Both the position numbers and the translations under genes were made by a program. The notes under the pieces were generated by a model, which did not search any database, was not told the DNA's origin, and worked only from the letters and a program-made list of their open reading frames with translations. Positions 12,480-24,400 of a DNA stretch of 64,000 nucleotides are shown here, one piece after another. Source of the DNA: Camelus dromedarius (taxonomy: Eukaryota); assembly GCF_036321535.1 (NCBI RefSeq), contig NC_087436.1, forward strand, positions 86,678,001 to 86,742,000. Direction: 5' to 3'. How positions within the stretch are numbered: position 1 is the stretch's first letter; every line of letters starts with the position of its first letter.

Positions 12480-15400
12480 CTAAAGAAAAAAGAAAATATG
12501 TACTTAAACATTTTTACAAAGAATGTAAGTAGTGACAGGTATCAACCCACTTTAGGTAAATCCTCAGTTTAACACTGGTTTTTAAATAATCTAGTAACAT
12601 TCTTCTTTTTCTCACATTTTGAGGAGTAATCATTTTTAATGTGACTTCTATGCCGATATTTGAGTTTTTGGCTCACCTCCACAGATACTTCCTAGGACCC
12701 CAAGGCCCATACCCTTTAGATCACGAGGCTGACGTGCTGCCCACTGCACCGAGAGGGCCGCTAGGCCCAGGTACTTTATCCTAAAAGACTAACTACAAAT
12801 CAGAACAGGAAATACTTTCTAGAGTTGATTTTAGGCAAACAATAGGCATTGTAATTTAATTTTTGAGACTACAATGCCCTGAATTTTCCTTAAGTTGAAC
12901 ATTGCTTTGTTTAATGATATTTACTGTAAAAACTTACTCATATGACAAACTCCCTTTCCCAACAAGATAATGCAGTAAGTCCAAGTCTCATATTTTTCAC
13001 TCCCTAATTTTGGCTTCTGGGTATTAAACATAGTCTTGTTAGATTTCAAAATCTTTGTTGAAAATTCTAAAGAACCAACTATTTCAACAGATTATTCTTA
13101 ATCTTCCAATTGGTAACACATACGTTCTAGTGGTTATTTGGAAATGTTTCTTTTCTTCCCAAGGTCAAATCAGTTTATCTCTTGGCTTCAAAGTGATTCA
13201 CTATTTCATTAAAGAGCAAACCTTCGAGAGGACTTGTGTCTGGTCTCCTCCTTCTCTCTGTGCCGTCTCTCCCTGTGTCGTTCTTCTTTCTCCCGGCTTG
13301 CTCTGTGGCGCTCATAGCCTCTTTCGGCATACTCTCTGTATCTGTATCGTTCTTCATCACTGAAAGCCGAACAGAAACAATTTTTCTTGACAACTGGACT
13401 GTTGATTCTGAATGTTTTTAAACCATAAAAGATGAGAGATCCAAGTCCAAAAAAGAAGCCCCAATGTTAGCATTTTATACAGGATAGGTGCAAAGTAAGT
13501 ATCTGCTGAATTGAGAGGAAAACAATGCTGTTCCCAAATTAGGACTAGATCTAATACAAGAATACAAAATATATAATAATTTAACTGTCAAAGGACCAAG
13601 TTTGTTCTGTGCTTTCACAGTTGGTATAGGGTAGAAATTTAATGTAACAATGCTGTTTTCTTCAAATACTGGGAGCTGTAACTCATTTAAATTTTAATCA
13701 ACAGCTTCATTTTCTTTTCCTTCTTAGAATTAAAAGCATGTTTATTATTCTTTTATTGTACACTCAGTTATAATGTGTCAATTTCTGGTGTACAGCACAA
13801 TGTCCCAGTCAAAATGTACTTTTTTTATGTCAGATTTCCAACCAAAATTCTTATATTTGTAAAATCTTAGGTACACGGTTAAGATTCTAAAAATACATTA
13901 AAAATATATGGCTCACAATGGCTACAAAATGGAAAGTAGATAAAGGATTCTTAAATGCTTCAATCATATTAAATAGTAATTCATCTAATGAAGAGGTATA
14001 AACATTAAGAACAAAGGGACATCAAAGCAACTTCCACAATATCCACACAAAATGCAGGGAGAAAACTGCTTGTGGATACACTTGAATTTTGACATCCCAG
14101 TAACTTAAGACTATGTATGTGTGGCTGGTGGGGAACAACTTCAAATGCATATTAAGCTGCACCTCCATTTTCTGATTTTTGGGGGGAATGGGCTGGAGAA
14201 ACTGGGACTGATGGCTAGAGTTAGAAGGTAGGCATCTTTACCTCCCACGACCTGTCTCTCTCCATTGTCCTTTCATGAAAATGAACAGACATTCTTCTCT
14301 CCATTTTTCTCTTAATCCTTCAAGTGTCTCTTTTTTGTTCAGCATAGAAGTCAACACTTTCTACATCCTAATGTCAGTGAACTCTCTTAGAATGAATAAA
14401 AATATCTTTTAGAGCACTGTGTGCTAAAAAGCTTTGGTTTCTAGAAATGTATGTTTAATACAAATGGTTAAATTAGTAATTTAGATGAAGCCCCGAGATG
14501 TTACGGAATCTGAGTTAACAGGAGACAGAATCAGGTGAAAGTATAAGCTATATAAAAACAAACCAGGCTAAGTTTGGTTTCTCAGCAAGAGTAATGACTC
14601 ACTAGTGCTACACCTGATGCCATGTCATATTGCTGACCAACTTATTATTGCCCGTGACACATTTTTAAAATGTGTTATTAAAAAATGTATTCCTGTATGC
14701 ATATGCTACATGTACATATATAAACACTTGTATGTGTACACAAACACAATGTTTTGCTAATCACACATATGTCCTTGGTGTCTGGAAGGGGGAAGCATGT
14801 CACCTCAAAGGCGGTGCGCATGACAGGCAGTGTGGTACAGGCGGGAAGAGTAAGGGCAGGGCAGGCCAGGAGCACGTCCTGATTCTGCTACTAAGTGTGT
14901 GACCCAAGGTAATTTACTTACCTTCTCTAAACACTCAAGTTTTCTCACCTGTAAAACTGACAATCTTCTTCAGGGTTGCTGGATAAGTGGCAAGAACACT
15001 TATAAAGTGAAGTAAGAGCAGACCTCAATAAATGGTCGCTAATATACATGCTTGCCATTTTCATTAATGCTTAATTTTTCATAAGCAGAACCCTTTTTGT
15101 GAAGGTGACTGACTGACAATGTTTCCAGAGCAGAATACACTAGCACCTACCATGACAAACATTAGCACTAACATTAGCCTATTTAAAAATGAGGTTGTCT
15201 TTGTAATGATTCCAACTGGATTTACATAAAAATAATAAGGTCAATTATGTCATAATCTGTCATTTGTAACCCTCTCTTTTCCCTCTCACCCTAACACCAA
15301 TCCCTGCTAGCTTTGAGGCCTTTGAGAGTCGGAAAGCAGCCATCTGATGGGACCCTTTACTCCATGATGGTGGAAGATTTGGTGTCACGCAAAATATAGA

Positions 15401-18400
15401 GTCCTTCTCTGATAAGCAGCTGCAGCACAAAGGTTCCTCTGGGCCTGGAAATCATTAGAGCTCATTTCAAACACCCTAGAATGACCACCCTTCTTTCTGG
15501 CCCACAATTAAGTGGCCTAAAAAACAGATGTTGAGACTGGTCTGTAATTTTCAAAACAATGACCCTATAATTTGTAACACAACATAAGACTACGTGCCAT
15601 ACTGCTAAAATATAAGTCTTATGGGAAGAAATGGCCTTTACTTATACTTCATTTGGATTTTCCAGAGAACACTTTATTTCTGGGATAATTCAGAACAATA
15701 CAAATTTCTTCTACCTTTCCTGTCCTCTCTGGCCTTGAACTTTCAGTGAGATGTAGGTGAGCATTACTCCTGATGCCCTACAGCTAGCAACCTGAAAATC
15801 AAATGTGGCTTAGCCATTAACACTTTTAGCTTCAATAAAAATTAAACAGCATTTGTACGTGTGTGTCTGAAATCAAAGAACTCAAAGAATTTTATAAATG
15901 CTGTATTATTTATGCAAAAACGTTATAAGCTCTAGCAAAGCAGTTCATTTTAGTTTTTCCTACCAAGTTTTGCATTAAGCTCCTTACTTTGTGAACATGT
16001 ACATTCTAAGATAGCAGTACTATTTACATATATTCATTTTAACTGCATTAGAAGCAATTCAACTTTCTGGAAAGTAATACCCTTGAACTTGGCAGAATTC
16101 ATGCACTTATGTGACTAAAGTTAGCAGCACCTGTCCCACCATACAAACACAAAACATACACACAGAAACGTGTATGTATCATACCTTTACTTATTTAGTC
16201 AAAAAAATTTTGCCAGCTGCCTACAATGTATAGGTCATATTATTAGGAGCTATAGGCAGGAAAGAGATTAATACATCCTGTTGAGTTTCTTCTTGCAAGT
16301 TTTTTAGGTAAAGTTTTAAACTTCTAACCAGTTCTAATTACCTTGATAATATTATATAGTTAAATCTATAAGGACAGTGTATGAATAATTCTGTATCCTC
16401 ACCACACAGCTCTGTGCCTAGTACATAACAGGGACTCAAAAAAGGACAATTACGTGAATTTGATTCCGCACCACCCCCAAAAGAAGAAAAAAACAGAAAA
16501 AGAAATCAAGTGCAGAGAGAGTAATAGGGAAAATGAAAAGTAACAGAAAGTTTCAACTACCTAATTCCAGGACAAGAAAGGACTTCAAGTAGCACCTCAA
16601 CTGCAACCGCGTCTCCAGTAGACAGTGTTGCTGTGCCGCTGTCTTGACTTCTCTATGCTTTCACTCCCTCACGTGACAAGTCGAAATTTAGACTGGATAA
16701 TCCCTAAGGGCCTTTTGGATTAGGAAGTATACAATTATATGATCACATCTAACAGAACAAATGCTTCTGAATCAAGCATATACTCATATCCTGAACTGAT
16801 ACATTGCTTCATCTCATCCAGCAAATCAAAAAACTGTCTGTATACCTTATATTTACCTCAACCATAAAAATAGCTGGTATCAAAAGGAAGTTAACTTATT
16901 TCATTCTACATTGTGAGGGTACCTAGACTAATATGTTAATTAGACACCAAAATTAATGCTTTGATAGAGATAAAAGTTGTTTTTTATCCCTTTCAAACTA
17001 GCTAACACAGTTTCACCAACAGTTTTCAAGACTGTTTCTTCTCTGTTGTATTTGTCCTCCTCCCCTGATACGTGTAAGTCATTTTATTCATTGACACATT
17101 CGTTATGTGCCAGGCATTACTGTACAAAGTACTGAGGATACAGAAATGAAAAACGGTAGTCAATGAAACAGGCTTACTAAGAAAGACATGCTTTAAAGAA
17201 TCTCACAGAAGACAAACGTGAGCTGGACCCTGAAGAATGAATAAAAGTTCGTGAGACAGAGAGGAGAGGAGTAACATGAAGAAAGGAAACGTTAAACTAT
17301 GAGGGATGTTCAGAAGAGCAACTAGTTCAGTGAAGCTAGAACATGCAGTATATTGGCTTGGTTGAGAACTGGGGTTAAAATATAGGAAGGTGTACTGGAC
17401 CTGTCAATCACAAAAGAATTTTGAATTTATTCTTTAGGCCAACAGTACATAAATTCTTTCCAATGGTACAGAAAGTTCTAGGGAATCAATTTCCAGATCC
17501 TCAGCTTCCATATTTATTCTTTCCTAAATCTGAACTGCCTAATGATACACAGGTAAAACATCATGCCACTTTTCCAGTGAACCTCTTCTCCACCATGTTC
17601 CTGCCCTTTTACAAAAGAAAGGCATTCTTTTCATCAATGTTACTATAGTATATTATTAGCTCAGGCTGTAAAAACCACCATAGCATCAAAAAGATCCAAT
17701 TTAAAATATCAGTGTCAATAAGACCTATTTTATTCAAGGAACCAAAAAGCATCTATAGGGCTTTAGGTCTTTCTTACACATCTTTCTGTAAGAGACAAAA
17801 TATGAAGTAAGAAATGGAGTATTTTGGGTTGTGCTCTGGGGTGTTCTAACTTCAGATATACTATAGTGTGGTGGGAGTCATAATTTTTCCTGAACTAGTT
17901 AAAAACAAAAACAAAAACAAAAACTCCTTCTGAAGGAAAGCAAAACAGAGTATCTAGGAGGCAGCATGTTATTTGAGCTCTGTGACTATTTTGTTTATCT
18001 TAGACAGGGAATATGGATTAACTCACTAACTGAACTGAAAAATGAAGTCAGACTTTTTCCCCATAGAAATTGGGTGTGATGTGGCCGGCTGGCTTGACAA
18101 TATAAGCTGTCTTTTACTAATTTAAGTTTTTTGGTAGTTATTTTCCATAAATGGAATTGGGGAAAACTGCAGCTCCAAGGCTGCATGAAAATAAATACCA
18201 AACACAAATAAAGGTGTTTCATTTTTTAAAGACATTTTGGCAAAGATGTATTAAAATTAACAATATTTCAATTTCCCTAATCCTTTCTGAGCATATTAAG
18301 TTGAACAGGGTAACTCGAAAGAGTATTAAGCGTAATCGGTCATTTTTTGATAGTCTCAGCAAAGCCCTTCTGGTATCCTTCCAAGAAACTGAGAAAACTA

Positions 18401-21400
18401 AAGACTTTAATTACTGGGTTAAACTGTATCCCCCTAAAAGGATATGTTCAAGTCCTAACCCACATACCTGTGAATGTAACCTTACTTGGAAACAGGGTCT
18501 TTCAGATGTAATCATCAAGCCAAGATGAGGTCAACTGCATTTGGCTGTGCCCTAATCCAATGACTGACATCCTCATAAGAACAGGGAAATTTGGACACAG
18601 ACACAGAGAGGAGAATGCCGTGTGAAGGCAGAGACAGACTATAGTGATGCATCTACCAACCAAGGGACACCAAGGACTGCTAACAACCACCAGAAGCTAC
18701 ATGAGAGGCATGGAACACATTCTCTCTCAAAGCCTACAAAAAAGGAACTCAACTTGTTGCCACCTTGATATCAGACCTCTACCCCCCAAGACCTGTGAGA
18801 GAGTAAATGTCTGTTGTTCTAGGCTACCAGTTTGTGGTATTTTTGTTTCAGCAGTCCTAGAAAACAATTACACTGAGTAGCAATCAAGTGGTTTCCAATT
18901 CTCTGCTTTTAAGAACACTGAGTCATGAGCTGATAGATCCTTAAAAATAACTTTTGGTGACAGGGTAACTGTGTAATTTCGACATCACTAAATCTCAAAG
19001 TGCTCAAATAATTTGGTGACAGAGCCACAACAAAATTCCATCAATTCTGATTTACATATTTTATGTGAACAAGGTTTTTCAATGCTTACATCTGCATATT
19101 TAAAAAAAAAAAAATCAATGGCAGAACCTGTTTTTCCCTAACAGTAATATTTATTCATGGATACAAATATTAATTGTGGATGGGTAGAAGCACTCCCGTA
19201 ATATTAAGGAATGTAGTTCCATTATTTTCAGAATATGCATTATTTTTATATATAAAAATATTGATAACTAAAATTAAAAAAATTTAAATACTTTAATCTT
19301 ATGGTCATTAATTTTTTTGCACATTTTAATTTATAGGGATGTTGCAGGAAAGATAGGATGGATGAATAAACAACTTTTTTAAGAATGAAAATATTTTGTA
19401 TTAGAATTTAAAAATTGTAAAATTTCCAACTGTTAAAGAGAGCTTGTTTATACACTCTAAAAAAGTGGATAATGAAGTTTAACAAATCACTATGGTGTTC
19501 TTAATCCACTGGATATATTTAAAAGAGTAATGATAATTTTATTTTAAAATTGTGATATTTATAATAGACTGGAAATTATATCTATATTGCAACTGTTTAA
19601 ACTTAAGGTGAAAAATTTTAGATGGCAATATAAAAATACGTGAGGGGTATGACGTTTTTGAAGTTCTTATAAGGGAAAAATGAACAAATTTAAAGACCGT
19701 TGCTTTACATAATGGGAAGCCTCTATAAATTAAATAGCCTTGATGCTTTTAAAATGGCTATCCCAACTACTCTTCAAGCAACCCTTTCCCAATTGCATTG
19801 GATTTTCCATCCTTGCACCAAATATAAATTCAAAAGTGCATATAAAAATACACGCGTACAAACTCCTGCACTGAACAAACCTGTTGAAAACACTTGGCGT
19901 GGGGCTGTGATCACGCTCCCTCTCTCTTTCTCTGGTGCGTTCTCTTTCTCTGTCCCGGTCACGATCTCGCTCTCGGTCTCTATCTCTATCTCTGTCTCGG
20001 TCTTTCTCTCTTCTTGCATAATAGTCCCATTGCTTACTGGTGTCCACAAGACTAGGCCATGAGGGAGCAGAACCAGGAAGGTGGGGAAAGGCAACTACAG
20101 AGAAAAAAAAATAATTAAAAACAAGTTATAATACTTAAAAAACAAAACAGACAACGAAAAGTTACTGAAAAATAAGACAAAAATCCCACAAAAGTGCTTT
20201 ATTAGATTAAAAAGAAAATTATTTTATAAATAGAAAAGAGAAATAACATTTGGTAAATACCCACAATTTAGGGAAATAACCAAAAATAAACCTTAAAGAT
20301 CTAACAAAGACTCTTCATTTTGCAAGGTGAACAGCAAACAGAATTAGATACGTCAAAAACTTCTCAATATCAAAAATGTAAACTAGAATACATCAGGCCA
20401 TCTTGAAAGTGCTGAGAGAAAGTAACAATCAAACTAAAAATCTGTACTCAAAATTATATTTTAAGAATAAGACAAAAGCATTCATAAAAAACTAAACAAA
20501 GCTTATAAACAGAGTTCACCAAAAAAATTCTATCAGATATATGCATAATACATTTCAAGAGTAACCACTAAAAAAAAAAATAGAAATGTATTATTTTAAA
20601 ATAATACAGGGAAAAACAATTTTTAAAATCACCCAAAAAACTCAGTCAACTCAAAAAAGACTGGAAAGAATGAGTAGGGGACATAAGTTTGAATCACTGA
20701 AAGTTGAAAATCAGTGAAAAAGGGACTAAATTAATCAGTTAAGTGACAAAGATTGTTGATTTGTACTTTAAAACATTCTACCTATATTCTGAATATAACA
20801 GACATAAAAACCCACAAAATAGTTGAAAGTAAAAGGACAGGAGAAAAAAGAGGAAAATACTAATATCCCCCAATTTCCATGAGTAGTTATAATAATGACA
20901 AAGCAGACTCATACATAAAGGATTAACTGAGGAAGAAAGGACGAATATATGAAGACAGAGGATGCAACTTACCAAGGAAACAGAACAATTAAACTTCCAG
21001 TATCCAACAACATAGAATTACTTTTTATAGAGTAAAAACTAATAGAAACAATACAGGTAGAAATAGAAAAATTCACTATGATCATGGGAGATTAATATAC
21101 TTTCTCAATTACCAACACTTTAAGCAAACAAAAAAATCATTATAGATATATGAGAACTGAGCAAAACACTGCTAACAAGGTTGATTTAATGGACATAACA
21201 TGGAATACTGCCCAGGACAAGTAAAGAAGACTCATTCTTCTCACCCATATGAAACATTTATAAAAAATATACTGTGTACTTTTGAAGGATAAGTATAACA
21301 AACACCATGTTCTCTGATCACCACATCACTGAAATTAGAAGTAAAAATTAAAAGTTACTATTCAGCCATAAAAAACGACAACATAACGCCATTTGCAGCA

Positions 21401-24400
21401 ACATGGATGTCCCTGGAGAATGTCATTCTAAGTGAAGTAAGCCAGAAAGAGAAAGAACAATACCATATGAGATCGCTCATATATGGAACCTTAAAAAAAA
21501 AAAAACAGAAACAGACTCATAGACATAGAATACAAACTTGTGGTTGCCAAGGGGAGTGGGGGTGAGAAGGGACAGACTGGGATTTCAAAATTTGTAGATA
21601 CTGACAGGCATATGCAGAATAGATAAACAAGATTATACTGTATAGCACAGGGAAATATATACAAGATCTTGTGGTAGCTCATAGCGAAAAAAAATGTGAC
21701 AATGAATTATGTATGTTCATGTATAACTGAAAAATTGTGCTCTCTACACTGGAATTTGACACAACATTGTAAAATGACTATAACTCAATAAAAAAATGTA
21801 AAAATAAATTAAAGTTATGGGAAAATAATCTCCATGTAATTCAAATTTAAAACATATTTCTGATAACTCAGGGGTCAAAAAATTCATAAATTTAAAATAA
21901 TGTAAAAATCAAACATAAACAAAAATACTATGTATCAAAAGGCTAGAGATGAAAACTGTTCTGGAGGAAAATTAATCTTAAAAAAAACACTATATTAGAA
22001 AAGATGGAAAGTAAATGCATTAAGCTTCCAACTTAAGAACTTAGAAAAAAATAGAATAATCCAACAGAAGGGAGATAATATAAAAGTAGAAATCAAGTGA
22101 GTAGAAAACTACCACACAATAAATAAAGCTGAAAGTTGGTTTTTAAAGACTAGACAAATAAAATATGATAATCTTCTAATGAGATTAAGAGACATAAAAA
22201 TATCAGAACCAATAAGGGACCACAACAGATACTGCAGAGATGAAATACAGAGAATATACTATACTTTACACAAACACATTTAAAAAGTTAGTTGAAATAA
22301 ATCAATTCCTCAAAAAATAAATAACAAAAATGACTCAAAAATAAAAAGAAATCTTGAATAGTCCTATAATTACTAAAGACTTTAAATCAGTAATTTAAAA
22401 CCTTTCCATAATACCAGATGGCTTTTACAGGTGAGTTTTACTAGCTTATAAGGTACAGATCATTTTAATATTATACAAACTTCCAGAGAATAGGGGGAAA
22501 AAAATTATTCCCCTACTTATCACATGTGGCTTGTATAACCTCAATACCAAAACCAGTTAAGCACAGTACAAATAAAGGAAAATCAGGCCAATCTTATATA
22601 TGAACATAGATGTCAAAATCCTAAATAAATCAGTGGTTATTAAAAAAAAGTAACCAATCATGACCAAAAGAGATTTTTCTTATTCTGACATAGGGTTCTA
22701 TCAAAAACCTAAGAGTAAGCACTTAGCTTCAAAGCTGGTGCTTGGAAGTTACGGGAGAGCAACAACAACCTGGTAGCCACCGATGTTTTCGCCGTGGGAT
22801 AATAAGCTGGGACTTACCATACCCATTGATTAACTATGGAAGACTATACCAAAATAGAGAAAACTGGAGAAGGCACCTGTGAAGTCTTCTATAAGGGCAG
22901 ACACAAAACTACAGGTCAAGTGGTAGCCATGAAGAAAATCAGACGAGAAAGTGAAGAGGAAGGGGTTCCTAGTACTGCCATTTGGGAAATACCTCTATTA
23001 AAAGAACTTCGTCATCCAAATATAGTCAGTCTTCACGATGTGCTTATTCAGGATTCCAGGTTATAGCTCATCTTTGAATTCCTTTCCATGGATCTCAAGA
23101 AATACTTGGACTCTATCCCTCCTCGTCAGTTTATGGATTCTTCACTTGTTAGAGTTATCTGTACCAAATTCTACAGTCTAGAAGAGTTCTATACAAAGAC
23201 AAATCCTCAAAATCTACTGATTGATAATAAAGGAACAATTAAGCTGGCAGATTTTGGCCTTGACAGAGCTTTTGGAATACCTATTAGGGTGTATACACGA
23301 GGTAGTAACACTCTGGTGTAGATCTACTCTAGAAGTATTGCTGGAGGTCAGCTCTCTACTCAACTCCAGTTGACATCTGGAGTATAGGCATCATATTTTC
23401 TGAATTAGCAACTAAGGAACTATTTTTCCATGAGGACTCAGAGGTCAATCAACTCTTCAGAATTGTCAGAGCTTTGGACACTCCCAATAACGAAGTGTGG
23501 CCAGAAAAGTGGAATTACAGGACTATGAAAATGCATTTCTCAAATGGAAACCAGGAAGCCTAGAATCCCATGTCAAAAACTTGGATGAAAATGGCTTGGA
23601 TCTGCTTTCAAAAATGTTAGTCTATGATCCTGCCAAATGAATTTCTGGCAAAATGGCACTGAATCATCTATATTTTAATGATTTGGACAATGAAATTAAG
23701 ATGTAGATTTCTGACAGTTTCCATGTGTTGTGTAAGAACAGACAGCTGTACCATTACTGTTAACTGTTTTTGTCCTGTGTATTTTTCTTTGTTGTAAAAC
23801 TTAAGCTGTACTTCATCTTCTGATTTCAAAAGTGTAACTTAAAAATGTAAATACTGTTCTATATGAATTTAAATATAATGATTCTGTATATGTTTGTAGA
23901 TCTCACTGTAACAACTATTACCAAAATAAAACTATAAATCTAGGGGGAAAAAAACACCTAAGAGTAAAAAAAAATCTAGCAGCATAAATATAAAAGCATC
24001 TCCTTAAAAAAGGAGGGGGGCAGTCCCAGACAAGAACTCAACTTTCAGTACTTCAACATCATATAGAGGTCCTAGCCAGCACAATAAGACCAAAAACAGG
24101 GGATTGAGGGTGAGGAATAAGAATCTGAAAGGGAAGGATCTGTAGGTGATACTGCCTGAAGAGACTTTACAGACAAATTATAGTGAGAGTTCAATAGGTA
24201 AACGGCATATGTACTGATCAATATATACCTATTTTACATAGAAAAAATTATATTCCTAAATATAAGCAAATACAAACAGAAAATGAGTATGCCATTTAGA
24301 ACCAAAAACATTAGGTACCTCTAACAAACTCTAAAGATGTGCAAGATGTATATGGGGACAATTATAGCATTCAACTAAGACACATTAAAGAACATCTCCC

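Noticed and set aside
19700..20062. + strand ORF with [12 protein letters not shown] repeats
   Set aside because: Antisense shadow of the FIP1L1 RE/RD exon
22836..23321. Two kinase-like ORFs as a functional CDK gene
   Set aside because: Fragments of a disabled intronless retrocopy with stops, frameshifts and lost catalytic motifs
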